A DNA stretch of 64,000 nucleotides from a virus. Position 1 is the first letter of the stretch, and each line of letters opens with the position of its first letter. The translations under genes were made by a program, and so were the position numbers. Positions 9,531 through 19,453 of the stretch are shown in pieces. The stretch spans positions 224,001 to 288,000 of the IMG/VR virus record IMGVR_UViG_3300012642_000011. One strand, written 5' to 3'. The notes beneath the pieces are model-generated. The model saw nothing but the letters and a program-made list of their open reading frames with translations. It was not told the origin of the DNA and did no database searches.

Positions 9531-9683
9531 GGTCAGATCGGGGGACACAGAATCACGCACTACCCACCCCATCGACTCGGTGACAGATTGAAAGAATGAG
9601 CGGTTTGTCATCATTGCCATCATGGTGTAATCTGTTCTCAGAACAACCGATCAGGGCGACTCGCCCCTCACAGAAACGAGAAC

Positions 9684-10175
9684 ATGATGACCCTCACTGA
9701 CAAGGATTACAACACCACCACCGTGGTTGACATGGCGGGAGAGAGCCTCTCGCTGATCGAGTTCTTCGGCGACAATGCCAAGCACGGCTCCGTGGAGTTC
9801 TCTGAGGACGGTGATCGCGCCGATGTGATCATCGTGGAGGATCTGGAGTGGCACCAGAAGCGCGATCCCGAGCTGATGGAGAAGCTGACCGATGAGGAGG
9901 GTTGGCTCACCGAGGGCACCCGTGAAATCATCGCGCGTAACCTGTCCAAGATCGTGGGCGGCTCCGTCGAGATCGAGCTGAGCGAGATGGACGCTCACCC
10001 TGACAGCCCCTCCGTTGCCTTCGTCGCCAGCTACCATGTGAACCCTGAGACCACGCTGGGGACGCTCCACGAGATGTCCTACGGGTTCTACGCTGATGTG
10101 ATCAATGTGACTGATCCCGGCACCTTCGACTCCCCCTACGTGTTCGGCACACTGGCGAACCCCAGCTACTCCTGA
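9684..10175 (+). CDS. hypothetical acidic protein, 163 aa
   Basis: Same conserved plus-strand leader as 9017 gene. Confidence 0.55.
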   Translation: MMTLTDKDYNTTTVVDMAGESLSLIEFFGDNAKHGSVEFSEDGDRADVIIVEDLEWHQKRDPELMEKLTDEEGWLTEGTREIIARNLSKIVGGSVEIELSEMDAHPDSPSVAFVASYHVNPETTLGTLHEMSYGFYADVINVTDPGTFDSPYVFGTLANPSYS

Positions 10176-10238
10176 ACGCACGGATCGACCCGCTCTACTC
10201 CTCATAGGGTGGGCGGGTCGATCTTTTGCGCAGGAGCA

Positions 10239-10251
10239 GGGGACACAGAAT
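10239..10251 (+). repeat. instance of dispersed 13-mer GGGGACACAGAAT (other examples: 9542-9554, 11298-11310, 13358-13370, 19350-19362, 50913-50925, 56781-56793)
   Basis: Exact 13-mer seen at each listed site, always between a terminator and the next promoter. Confidence 0.8.
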
Positions 10252-10424
10252 GTGAGCATTGACTGCATCTGCACCTGCTTCCCGTGGTGGTGCCACAAAG
10301 CCCCCACTGCTTCCGGGCGCACCACACAGCGCCACACGGTTCTGACTTGCACTCGGCTCATCATGCTGGTAACCTGATTCCTGTCAGCAACCGCTGGCAC
10401 TGCACTCTGAACAAGGAGACCATC

Positions 10425-10844
10425 ATGAGCGTCATCACCTACCGCTACGACCTGTCCGACCGCGACAACGTCATCGCCACCTCTGCGGAGGTCATGCTGT
10501 GGCAGGCAGGCGAGATGATGGATGAGAACGGCGAGATGCTCGCGCAGAAGTGGGAGGATCACTTCGATGAGTCCAACCTGACCGATGAGGCGCGTGAGCG
10601 CATCGTGGAGGACTTCGCCGCGTTCGTGGGCAACGTGAGCGACGGCGACCTGCTGGCCTACGAGGCGGCTGGTGAGACCTCGGCGCAGATGATCCATGAC
10701 TACTGGCTCACGCGCAACAGGCACGGTGCTGGCTTCTGGGATCGTGGTCTGGGGGAGCTGGGGGATCGCCTGACCGAACTGGCGCAGTCGGACGGCACCT
10801 ACAACCTCTTCGAGACCAACGACGGCGAGTGGGACTACATGTGA
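10425..10844 (+). CDS. hypothetical protein (MSVITYRYDLSD..., 139 aa)
   Basis: RBS ACAAGGAGACCATC-ATG. Confidence 0.5.
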   Translation: MSVITYRYDLSDRDNVIATSAEVMLWQAGEMMDENGEMLAQKWEDHFDESNLTDEARERIVEDFAAFVGNVSDGDLLAYEAAGETSAQMIHDYWLTRNRHGAGFWDRGLGELGDRLTELAQSDGTYNLFETNDGEWDYM

Positions 10845-11056
10845 TCCAGTGAGGACGCTCCGCGTGCTACCCGTGACACCACAGGAAGCACGCGGAGCGG
10901 TCGCCGTGAAGGGCTGGCAGGGCGGGAGGCTTCACGGTCTCCCGCTTTTTGTGTCAAGGGCAAGGGGACACAGTTCTCACTGAATCATGCATGCCCTCGT
11001 GTGGCATCCACGGCGGTGATGGTGTAGGATGGGGGAGTCCCACACGGCAAGGAGCG

Positions 11057-11260
11057 ATGACGATGGCGACCATGACCACCGATGTCACCACGGTTCGCAT
11101 TGAGCACATGGTGCGCGTGACCACGTTCGGTCGCAACCACGCCTTCAGCACGCCTCCCATGCTCGCCTCCAAGGGGCGACAGTGGGCGGAGATGGAGTCG
11201 GGTGAGCCGGACACGGTGAAGGTGGTTGTGGAGTGCGATGCCTACTGCTGGTGCCAGTGA
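11057..11260 (+). CDS. small protein of 'CWC' paralog family (ends ...CDAYCWCQ); paralogs 17031..17234 and 54917..55120
   Basis: RBS AAGGAG; conserved HMVRVTTFGRNHAFSTPPM / HIVRVVTSGSNHAFTTPPM; C-terminal C-x-C. Confidence 0.5.
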   Translation: MTMATMTTDVTTVRIEHMVRVTTFGRNHAFSTPPMLASKGRQWAEMESGEPDTVKVVVECDAYCWCQ

Positions 11261-11453
11261 GGTGTGTAGGCGGGCGTGAGGGTGAGGGTGGGCAACAGGG
11301 GACACAGAATGTGTTCTTATGCTCGCGCTGTCGCCCTGACGACTGAAACAATGGGAGAGCGCCCTGTTTGACTTCAGTGTGAATGTGTGGCAGACTGTTC
11401 TTCAGTAGGTCGGGGGAGCCGCCCCTGACCATCTACTCTCAAGGGGAGAAAAC

Positions 11454-11906
11454 ATGTCGAAGACCGACTGGACTGCTTTCGTGGATGCCGCCGACTCCAT
11501 CCGCACGCGTGGCGACGAGCAGACGCACCTGATCTACCCGGACGGCACCTTCGAGGTGTTCGAGCGCTACAGCACCGACGCTCCCGACACCCCCGAGGAC
11601 GCGCTTCAGTGGGAGGGCAAGGACGACGAGGAGCGCGACGTGATCACGGGCGCGCAGGGGTGGAGCATCGCCGAGGGAATGAGCGGGGCGTTCCGCTACG
11701 ACGGCCCTCTGATGCACGAGTCGGAGTTCTTCTCCCCCGGCATCCTCTCCTGCCTGATGTGGGACCGGGACGCTCCCCTGCTGGTCGCCACGGCGCATGT
11801 GGCTGACTACTCCCCCGAGGCGTACGACGAGGGCGAGGAGGACTCTCAGGTGGGCGAGGTGTTCTCGTGGGTGACCCTCTACCGCGAGCCGGAGACCGAC
11901 GACTGA
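11454..11906 (+). CDS. hypothetical acidic protein, paralog family E
   Basis: Leader ...CTCAAGGGGAGAAAAC-ATG; similarity to 56927..57361. Confidence 0.55.
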   Translation: MSKTDWTAFVDAADSIRTRGDEQTHLIYPDGTFEVFERYSTDAPDTPEDALQWEGKDDEERDVITGAQGWSIAEGMSGAFRYDGPLMHESEFFSPGILSCLMWDRDAPLLVATAHVADYSPEAYDEGEEDSQVGEVFSWVTLYREPETDD

Positions 11907-12108
11907 CCGACACTACCAACGCCCCGCCTGACTCCCACGAGGATGATGGCGGGGCGTTGTGTTGTGGGGGGAATCGGGAACAGGGGACACAATATGTGTC
12001 ATCAACGACAACGGGTTACCACGGCGAACAGGGTGACGCTGTGTGGACATGCGAACGCCCCGCCCGTGCTCCTTGGTCCAAGGGTTCAGGCGGGGCTGTC
12101 GTGCTGGT

Positions 12109-12489
12109 TCAGTTCTCCCAGTAACGCGGGTTGGTCACCTCTTCGCCGTCGTAGTCGAGAGCAAGGATGACGCGGCCGATCTGATCGGCGTAGATGTTGG
12201 AAGCGGTGTAGTGAGTGACGATCTCGCTTGCGCGCTTGTAGGTCACAGTGACCGTATAGGTGTCGGAGAACGTGCAGACGATCTTCACATCCATGATACG
12301 CGCGCAGCCGGAGCGCTTGCCGGTCTTAGTGAAGGGGAGAATGTTTGCATGGAAGGAGAGGCTCCCGCGCTCTTCCGAACCGTAGAGGAAGTCACGCGCA
12401 CCCACGGCGGCGAAGTTCCAGAAGCCGATCTGCTGACGGATGGTATCGGCGACCTGCTTGTACTGGGTATCCTTGATGGTCTGCGACAT
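12109..12489 (-). CDS. hypothetical protein, 126 aa
   Basis: Conserved leader/promoter directly upstream. Confidence 0.55.
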   Translation of the reverse strand: MSQTIKDTQYKQVADTIRQQIGFWNFAAVGARDFLYGSEERGSLSFHANILPFTKTGKRSGCARIMDVKIVCTFSDTYTVTVTYKRASEIVTHYTASNIYADQIGRVILALDYDGEEVTNPRYWEN

Positions 12490-12543
12490 GTTCTCTCCTT
12501 GAGAGTTGTGGTCTTGGGTGGCTCCCTCGACCTGATGACTCTT

Positions 12544-12573
12544 ACTCTACAGCACAGGACGCTCCACGGTCAA
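12544..12573 (-). promoter_or_regulatory. sigma70-like promoter exemplar: TTGACC-18-(TG)TAGAGT with conserved spacer GGAGCGTCC
   Basis: Read on minus strand: ...TTGACCGTGGAGCGTCCTGTGCTGTAGAGT... Confidence 0.5.
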
Positions 12574-12686
12574 GTCCCCTATGGAATAATTTTTACGGCA
12601 TGCTCGGTAGGGTAACGCTTAGGGGACACAATGCGCATGGGGCAACCAAGCGCAATGGCGACTGTGAATTCAGGATTGAACCGTAA

Positions 12687-12749
12687 GTTAAAATCGACAT
12701 TTTGACATAAAATAGCGAGAAAATGCTATAAATGAATGGCGATTTTAAC
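12687..12749. repeat. 10-bp inverted repeat (gttaaaatcg / cgattttaac) flanking a ~45-bp AT-rich core
   Basis: Seen directly; lies in a 200-bp non-coding AT-rich gap. Confidence 0.5.
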
Positions 12750-12842
12750 TTCTTTTGCGCAGCCATGGGCGGCATCACGCTTGTCGTGATGCCCCGCCGT
12801 CCTCCCTTGTCGAGAGCGAAGGCGGGGCGCGTGCTCACATGA

Positions 12843-13226
12843 TCACTCGGCGGGAGCGAGGAACGCGGCGACCTCATCATCGGTCAGGGACTCGTAGTGC
12901 GAGTAGCCTTCCTCATCCACGCTCTCACGCACCACCAGCACGGGACCGAACGGGTAAGCCCCCTGCATGATGCCCAGACGGTCGATGACGTGCTTGTGCG
13001 GGTTGGGGCGACCGAACTTGTAGATCCCCTCATCGTCCGCCATGACCTCGATGCCGTCGCCGTAAGCATCGCGCGGCATGTAGGTGATGGTGCCCAGACC
13101 GGCGACCTCACGGAAGGCGGGGAAGTTGTAAGCCTCGGGGTCGGCGTTGATGGTCACCTCGATGGCGCGCGGGGTGGAGTCCAGATCGCCGGGGACGAGA
13201 ACAGCCTTGATGTTCTTCGTGGTCAT
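12843..13226 (-). CDS. hypothetical protein, paralog of 21148..21522 (MTTKNIKAVLVPGDLDSTPRAIEV...)
   Basis: ~60% identity by eye to 21148..21522 product; conserved leader. Confidence 0.55.
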   Translation of the reverse strand: MTTKNIKAVLVPGDLDSTPRAIEVTINADPEAYNFPAFREVAGLGTITYMPRDAYGDGIEVMADDEGIYKFGRPNPHKHVIDRLGIMQGAYPFGPVLVVRESVDEEGYSHYESLTDDEVAAFLAPAE

Positions 13227-13436
13227 GGTCTCTCTCCTTGAGAGTCGTGAGGCTTGCCGGTTGCTTACCCCTTGATGAATCCCACTATACACGACAGTAC
13301 GCGCAGCCGTCAAGCGTATTATCGCCCCTCCAGCAGAGCAATCACTGTATGCTGTGAGGGGACACAGAATTCGAGTTGACGGTTTGAAAAAACCGCCCCA
13401 GTGCTCATAATCAGCACTGGGGCGGCGGGGCGCTTG

Positions 13437-13775
13437 TCAGCGTTCGAGACCAGCCTCGAACGCGGCGATCACGAGGTGTGACACAGTTGAGTAGACATCC
13501 TCGATCCCGCTGTAGCCGGAGCTGTGACCCTCACCATAGGAGTAGTTAAACACTCGATCAGCGATGTGGTCGGGAATGTCGTCGGTCAGGTAGTCATCGC
13601 GGAACTGCTTAGCGTGGCGCTCCCGTTCCTCGCGCTCGATTCGGTAGCGCTCCTCACGCTCGATGCGACGCGCCTCCTGCTTGGCGCGCTCCTCTTCCGC
13701 CTGGGCTTCAGCGAGAGCCTGCTTGGCGGCGTCGAGGGCGGCTTCGGCTGCGATCACTTCTGGGGACTTCTGCAT
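13437..13775 (-). CDS. hypothetical coiled-coil protein (EERAKQEARRIEREERYRIEREERER)
   Basis: Conserved leader; charged repeat region. Confidence 0.5.
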   Translation of the reverse strand: MQKSPEVIAAEAALDAAKQALAEAQAEEERAKQEARRIEREERYRIEREERERHAKQFRDDYLTDDIPDHIADRVFNYSYGEGHSSGYSGIEDVYSTVSHLVIAAFEAGLER

Positions 13776-13999
13776 AATACTCTCCTTGTGGAGTCGTGGT
13801 CTTGGGCTGCTCCCTTGACCTGATGAATCAATAGTACCACGGGGGACGCTCCGCCGTCAAATCTATCAATCGTGGTAGTGCTATAACATCTCGGATTGGT
13901 CGAGGCGCTGGATGACTTAGGTATCAGGGGACACAAGAATTGCGACAACGAGGATAAGAACACGCCCCCATCCTCGCGGTAAGGATGGGGGTGTGTGAG

Positions 14000-14230
14000 T
14001 CAGAATCGGGCGGAACCGGCGAGGATAGCCATGGTGTCAGCCATGGTCTCGCTGTAGCGCATCTTGATCTTCGCGCGCAGGTGCTTCATTCGCAGGATGC
14101 GGCGGATGTGATGCTCGTCCAGTTCAGTCTCACCGGCGAGGGTGTCCAAGTAGATGCCGGAGTACTCGTTGTCGATCTCTTCGGTGATAGCGTCGATGCG
14201 GGCGGCGTCGTCGGCGGTCATCTGCTTCAT
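14000..14230 (-). CDS. hypothetical protein, 76 aa
   Basis: Conserved leader 14231-14320. Confidence 0.5.
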   Translation of the reverse strand: MKQMTADDAARIDAITEEIDNEYSGIYLDTLAGETELDEHHIRRILRMKHLRAKIKMRYSETMADTMAILAGSARF

Positions 14231-14450
14231 GATTGTCTCTCCTTGAGAGTCGTGGTCTTAGGTTCTTCCCTCGACCTGATGAAAGAAATCTATCACAGAC
14301 ATGGAGCAGGCGTCAAGTCGAGCGGTCAAGATTATTTCATCATCTTCCAGAGGGGACACGGAATATGGTATATGCCACACTTCTTGCATCCATCAGTGTG
14401 AACAGGGCGATGCATGATCACACTGATGGATGCTCACACCTTGCACACTG

Positions 14451-14846
14451 TCAGGAGCGGACTTCCACCATCTCTCCTCGTGAGTTGCACTCCACGGTCT
14501 TACCACTGTAGGTGCCGGAGTCGTGCGTGTAACGGATCAGGCGCTCAGGCAAGTAAGTCCTGCCGTTCGCGCACCAGTATTCGCCGTCATAGACCATCTT
14601 GCTGTAGTGTCCGTCGCCCCATTCGTAGTCCTCCCGCATGGTGACGCTCGTGATCGTGTCACCGATCTCGGACGGGTGCGGGTAAGTGCGCTCTTCCTCC
14701 ACGGTCAGAGCGGCGGTCAGGATTGCGCGCATCCTCTCGACATCATGGTGATCCCACTCATCGAGTTCCCTATGCCCCCATGACGACACGCTGGCGTTCA
14801 GCGCGCGTTCGAGCATGTTATCATCGACTTCGATCATTGTGCTCAT
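14451..14846 (-). CDS. hypothetical protein, 131 aa
   Basis: RBS GAAGGAGAGACC-ATG; promoter TTGACC-17-TAGCAT upstream. Confidence 0.5.
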   Translation of the reverse strand: MSTMIEVDDNMLERALNASVSSWGHRELDEWDHHDVERMRAILTAALTVEEERTYPHPSEIGDTITSVTMREDYEWGDGHYSKMVYDGEYWCANGRTYLPERLIRYTHDSGTYSGKTVECNSRGEMVEVRS

Positions 14847-15219
14847 GGTCTCTCCTTCGAGTTGTGCCCAGCCGTGTGCTGTGCTCTCGTGAGCAATGCT
14901 ACCAGATAATTAACCCGTGGTCAAAGTTGTCTGTCGAGAAGATCAAGGGGACACAATAATGTCCTTGATACCCACACCCGCAGATAACACCACAAGACTG
15001 GGGAACAGCAAGCGGGAACCTTTGCGCAACACGTAGATGGCACACCATATGTGGAGTACAGGTGAGGTGTGCAGGTACTCAAGGGGACACAGTAATTGTA
15101 CTCGGACTGCAGCGTAATCCGCAGAATCACGCTGCTGAACACGCATTGGCGACTTGACCACATCGGTGCTCTGCGGCTACAGTGGAGATAGATCAACACC
15201 CATTTCCAAGGAGAACACC

Positions 15220-15798
15220 ATGACCACCTTGAACAGCCTCCCCATCCGCCATTTCACCAACCACTTCTTCGACATGCACGACAGCGACAGTGTCGAGGTC
15301 GATGGTGAGATCATCACCCAGATCCCCGAGGTGATGGGAACGATGGGGCATGACATCATCAACAAAACCATCTACATCGGTGCAGAGCGCGATGGCAAGG
15401 TCGCTGTGGATGCCTCATGGACGATCACGCTTGACCGCGCTCACCTTGATCGCCTGAAGTCCGAGGGACGTGACAACGCGGTGCTCAACTCGGAGGCGTT
15501 CGAGACCGGCGAGGATTCGTGGTTGGAGGTACACCGTGAGCATATGAAGAGCATCACGGATCACATCAAGTCCGCTGTGCCGTCTGCGCTGGACGTGAGC
15601 GAAGATGAGGGGGAGCATGACCGCTGGGTTGAGGACGTGCCGTTCTCCGTGTTTGCCACCTTCACCGTGAATCCCGATGCCACTATCGGTGACGTGGAGG
15701 AGACGGTGCGCCCGTTCTTCGAGTTCATGGAGAAGGTGACCGCGCCGGACGCGCCGGATGAGGACTACATCTTCGGTCGTGCTGTGCTGGGCAAGTGA
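15220..15798 (+). CDS. hypothetical acidic protein, 192 aa
   Basis: RBS CCAAGGAGAACACC-ATG. Confidence 0.55.
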   Translation: MTTLNSLPIRHFTNHFFDMHDSDSVEVDGEIITQIPEVMGTMGHDIINKTIYIGAERDGKVAVDASWTITLDRAHLDRLKSEGRDNAVLNSEAFETGEDSWLEVHREHMKSITDHIKSAVPSALDVSEDEGEHDRWVEDVPFSVFATFTVNPDATIGDVEETVRPFFEFMEKVTAPDAPDEDYIFGRAVLGK

Positions 15799-16128
15799 GT
15801 ATCGGGGCGACGTGGTGTATAACTGCACCACGTCGCCCCGTAGGTGCCCCTGATGCCTATGTGAGCACATGGATGGCACTAAGGTCTTCAGGCGTCCTCA
15901 TAGGGGTACAGAACGCCGTGTGTGTCGTCGTCTCTGATTCGTGAGGAGATAATTAAGCAGAGCGGTCGAAGGGGTAGTGGTAACGATAGGGGACACGGAA
16001 TCGGATGTAGTAGGCACGAGATCCTTGAACGACTGTACTGCCAATCAAGGATCTCGTGCCTACTCAACCCACTGTACTCATTAGCAGTTGTAGGGAGACT
16101 GCTAAGGGGGACGCTCGTGCGTGGCGAT

Positions 16129-16509
16129 TCAGTTGTCCAGGTGCTTCCGGGCGTAGTCGTAGACGCGAGAGGCTACGATGTTCCCGTCCTCGTCCCTGAA
16201 CGCATCCCAGTGCGTGAACACGTTGCCGTCGTCGTCATCGCGCTCGATGTCGAAAAGGTAATCACCCGCTGAGGTCACTTCCGCGTTCTCGTCGGACTCG
16301 CTCTGAAGCACCTGACACACGCTGTAGTAGCCCTCCTCGCTCACAGAGAGGTCGATGATGGCGTCCTCGGGAATGCCGTTCTCCTGAAGGATGAAGGCGA
16401 GCATCAGACAGTTGTGGTGAGCCTGTGCCTCCTCGTACTCGGTGCGAGCATCCTCAAGACGCTGATCCTGAAGAAGCACAGCCTTTTCAAAAATGTTCTT
16501 GGTCATCAT
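16129..16509 (-). CDS. hypothetical acidic protein (MMTKNIFEK..., 126 aa)
   Basis: RBS AAAGGAACC-ATGATG. Confidence 0.45.
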   Translation of the reverse strand: MMTKNIFEKAVLLQDQRLEDARTEYEEAQAHHNCLMLAFILQENGIPEDAIIDLSVSEEGYYSVCQVLQSESDENAEVTSAGDYLFDIERDDDDGNVFTHWDAFRDEDGNIVASRVYDYARKHLDN

Positions 16510-17030
16510 GGTTCCTTTGTTTGATCTGTTCGTCTGTCGTCTACCAGTGTAGCAGAACAAGGGGAACAGGGGTAATCCAAGTGGCACGATAGCAATGGGG
16601 ACACAATGCAAACACTCTGATGGGCAGCACGACAGGTAGTACAGCAATTGTCTCCTTGTCCATCATGTCGATCTTGCTGACGGCTTGACCTTCACGGCGG
16701 TCAGAACATGCTCTGGGGTCGCCTATGCGCCCCGTGGAGGCGTTGGGAGCTTGTGGGGGCACTCTTGGACGTTGAAACACTGTGGGTGGCTCTGAAGGGC
16801 GGCAGGGGCTTCGAGGTGTCTGCATGGGCTTGAGGGTGCCGTTTTTTGGTGGCTTGAGGGACGTGACATGGACATCGTTAGCACTCCTCGAAAAAAAATA
16901 TTGGCTCCCGACTTGTGCTCGGATTAAATGTGTGCCATGATGGTTACAACGCAAACGAATAGAGCAACGAAGGACAGGGAGCGCCAGAGAGTTCCCGAAT
17001 CTTCCTGATCACCTACAAAGGAGGTGAAAA

Positions 17031-17234
17031 ATGAAGGTTAACGTCATTCCGACTCCTGCTGAGGCTTTCCCGCGTCAGCACCGGGTCACCGTTGAGATTG
17101 ACGGCATGTGGGGCACCTACCGCAGCGATATGTGGGATCGAGAGGTCACCGCGTTCCTTGCGGAACTCCCCACAACCGAGGGTCTTTCCGACCTTTACTG
17201 CGCCCGCAACTGCTGGTGCGAGGTCGGGGAGTGA
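17031..17234 (+). CDS. small 'CWC' family protein (ends ...ARNCWCEVGE)
   Basis: RBS AAAGGAGGTGAAAA-ATG; follows 380-bp non-coding region. Confidence 0.5.
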   Translation: MKVNVIPTPAEAFPRQHRVTVEIDGMWGTYRSDMWDREVTAFLAELPTTEGLSDLYCARNCWCEVGE

Positions 17235-17504
17235 TCTCCACGGTCATCAGGCAGGGCAAGTGACCCCACCTGCCGCACGGATACCCCGTGCGGGACGTTC
17301 TACTTCAGGGGCTGGGCACAATGTCCAGCCCCTTTTTCATGCGCTCGATAGGGGACACAGTTTTCACGACCACCTTAGCCCTTTCATGTGTTGACTTCAC
17401 CGAATATGGCAAGGACAGCAAGCCACATCGGAAGGACAAGAAGACGACCATTCTGGGTTGTACAAAGGACACGCTCGATACTGTCACCACGGAGGAGATG
17501 GACG

Positions 17505-17625
17505 ATTACGCTTGACCGCGCTCACTTTGACCGCCTGAAGCAAGAGGGACGTGACAACGCGGTGCTCAACTCGGAGGTGTTCGACAACGGTGAGTCGCGG
17601 TTGGAAGTGCGCCGTGAGCACAAGG
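17505..17625 (+). pseudogene. orphan internal fragment duplicating 15420-15540 (WTITLDRAHLDRLKSEGRDNAVLNSE...)
   Basis: About 85% nucleotide identity over ~120 bp to the interior of 15220..15798; no start or RBS; followed by hairpin ggttatcaagc...gcttgataacc. Confidence 0.5.
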
Positions 17626-17663
17626 TTATCAAGCGGGTAGTGTGCTTGATAACCTTGTGCTCG

Positions 17664-18119
17664 TTAGCAGTTGTAGGGGGTCTTCAAACGCTTCAGGCTC
17701 GCCTTGCTGATGGTGCTCGACTCGATGACCTCGAAGGCATCCCACGCGCACACAATGGAGATACTGCCGCAGTCCTCCCACTCGTTATAGTACCCCTGAA
17801 CATCGTAATCAATTCCCCGCCAGATATGGTCTTCATCGTCCTCGATGAAAGGGCTGATCACAGCATCGGGCTTCAGCCGCAGAGCGTGGATGTAGTTCTT
17901 AGTGTCTCCCGTGGCGAAGAGACGCTCATAAGCGGCCATGAGGGTGCCTGCATGGATGTCAAACTTGGCTTCCTTGAGATCATTCTGCCACGTATCGGCA
18001 GGAGTGGCGTGATACCAGATCATGTCCTTCATGGCTTCAGGGTTCGCCGTGATCAACTTTGCCTCATCGGTCAGGATGGGGGAGAATTGGAGGCAGTTGA
18101 TAGACTCACACTCACTCAT
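17664..18119 (-). CDS. hypothetical protein, third gene of overlapping operon
   Basis: ATG overlaps stop of upstream gene (ATGAGTGA). Confidence 0.5.
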   Translation of the reverse strand: MSECESINCLQFSPILTDEAKLITANPEAMKDMIWYHATPADTWQNDLKEAKFDIHAGTLMAAYERLFATGDTKNYIHALRLKPDAVISPFIEDDEDHIWRGIDYDVQGYYNEWEDCGSISIVCAWDAFEVIESSTISKASLKRLKTPYNC

Positions 18120-18552
18120 TCATGACAAAAAAGAACTCCTCGATCCTCTGGCGATCATCATCGCTCAAGGGAGCCACCGCACGCTCATACAGATCAAGAG
18201 CACGCAGGTAATCGGGGTCATCTTTGTCGATCCAGATTTCCGAACGGAAGTCCCCCTCCCCGCGAACCGTGATGTCCATCATGATAGCGCCCACGACCTC
18301 ATCGTAGGGCAGCCCCAGCGTCTTCACCCGCCACTCATTAGCGGGGTCGTCAGGATCGGCAAGGTAGAAAACCTCGGCGTCTTCACCCTTGGATGCATCT
18401 CCATTGATGCAGATACGATCCTTGGAGACCTCGGGATCACCCTTTCCCGAAGGGCCGAAGACCTGAACGGTAGAGGTATCAATGATCTTGTGGGCATTCT
18501 TGACGGTGGTATCACTGATCTTAGAGTTGTTCCAGAAGTGAAAGTGTCCCAT
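18112..18552 (-). CDS. hypothetical protein (MGHFHFWNNSK..., 146 aa)
   Basis: RBS AAAGGACTTTTC-ATG. Confidence 0.45.
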   Translation of the reverse strand: MGHFHFWNNSKISDTTVKNAHKIIDTSTVQVFGPSGKGDPEVSKDRICINGDASKGEDAEVFYLADPDDPANEWRVKTLGLPYDEVVGAIMMDITVRGEGDFRSEIWIDKDDPDYLRALDLYERAVAPLSDDDRQRIEEFFFVMNE

Positions 18553-18693
18553 GAAAAGTCCTTTGATTGGTGGATGGTGTTGCCTCAATGCTACAGCAAG
18601 GAAGCGCTTTCGTCAAGCAATCCAAAGACAGATTTGTTTCGTTCCCTGTGTCCCCTCATGCACACGGAGAGCGGCGGATCGCCCCGCCACTGC

Positions 18694-19248
18694 TCACGCG
18701 GCACAGGTCATCTGATCCAGCGCACTGATAATGTCGCACTCAAAGCGCGCCTCCCTCTTCCCGCGCATCTCCACCGCTTCCAAGCAGTGATCCAGCACCT
18801 CGGAGAGATCCATCTCGCGACAGTCGATGATCTCTGACGGATGCAGAAGCACCTCCCAGTCGGCAGTGTGGTAGTCCCCGATGTTCTCCATGAAGTCCAT
18901 CAGAGGCACCGCGCCCTCCCAGTAAGCGTAGGCATAGGACTCATCACCGGAATCCTTCCACTGCTCATACTTGCTCACCTGATAGGCAAAGACCTCATCA
19001 CACTCCACCTCCACCTCATTGATGACGACAGTCGCGCCACCAGCCACCCCCTTGGTCCAGACCCAACGCATCAGTGCGCTCATGTCGGGAGCAGCGAAGA
19101 AGCAGTGGGAACGGGTGTGGTAACCCATAGTGCGCTGGATCGCAGGGTGACACATCTCGTCAAACTCGCGGTTGATCACGCGCACGTAGTCGTCTCGGAG
19201 GTGGAGGGGAGTCATCTCGCCCACCCTGTAGATCTTCATCGTCGTCAT
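18694..19248 (-). CDS. hypothetical protein; N-term MTTMKIYRVGEM shared with 29288..29539
   Basis: First 13 codons + ~100 bp upstream about 85% identical to 29501-29640. Confidence 0.5.
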   Translation of the reverse strand: MTTMKIYRVGEMTPLHLRDDYVRVINREFDEMCHPAIQRTMGYHTRSHCFFAAPDMSALMRWVWTKGVAGGATVVINEVEVECDEVFAYQVSKYEQWKDSGDESYAYAYWEGAVPLMDFMENIGDYHTADWEVLLHPSEIIDCREMDLSEVLDHCLEAVEMRGKREARFECDIISALDQMTCAA

Positions 19249-19453
19249 GGTGCCAGCCTACAGGACAAGAGGAAATAATGCAAGCCTGATGCTCTGCTTG
19301 TTTTTGCCTCATATTGTGTCCCCTTGGGCGTGCCATCATGTGCGCGCGTGGGGACACAGAATTCGAGAGTAGTCATGAACCACGATGAGCACACACGCGC
19401 CGCCCCGCCGTTCATCCTCTGGGGACTACTTGGCGGGGCGAGCGGCTTGCAGG

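Noticed and set aside
9651-10724. 357-aa minus-strand ORF
   Set aside because: It is a low-complexity, Arg/Val/His-rich translation antisense to two well-supported plus-strand genes (9684..10175, 10425..10844) and has no RBS. It is a typical high-GC antisense artefact. The same holds for 17388..18125(+), 18022..18837(+), 28326..29138(+), 29651..30469(+), 30863..31558(-), 35629..36540(+), 34247..34849(+) and 7238..7711(-).
11600-11950. Overlapping Arg/Pro-rich ORFs (11609..11806+, 11644..11919-, 11867..12124+)
   Set aside because: They are alternative-frame artefacts over the well-supported gene 11454..11906 and have no RBS.
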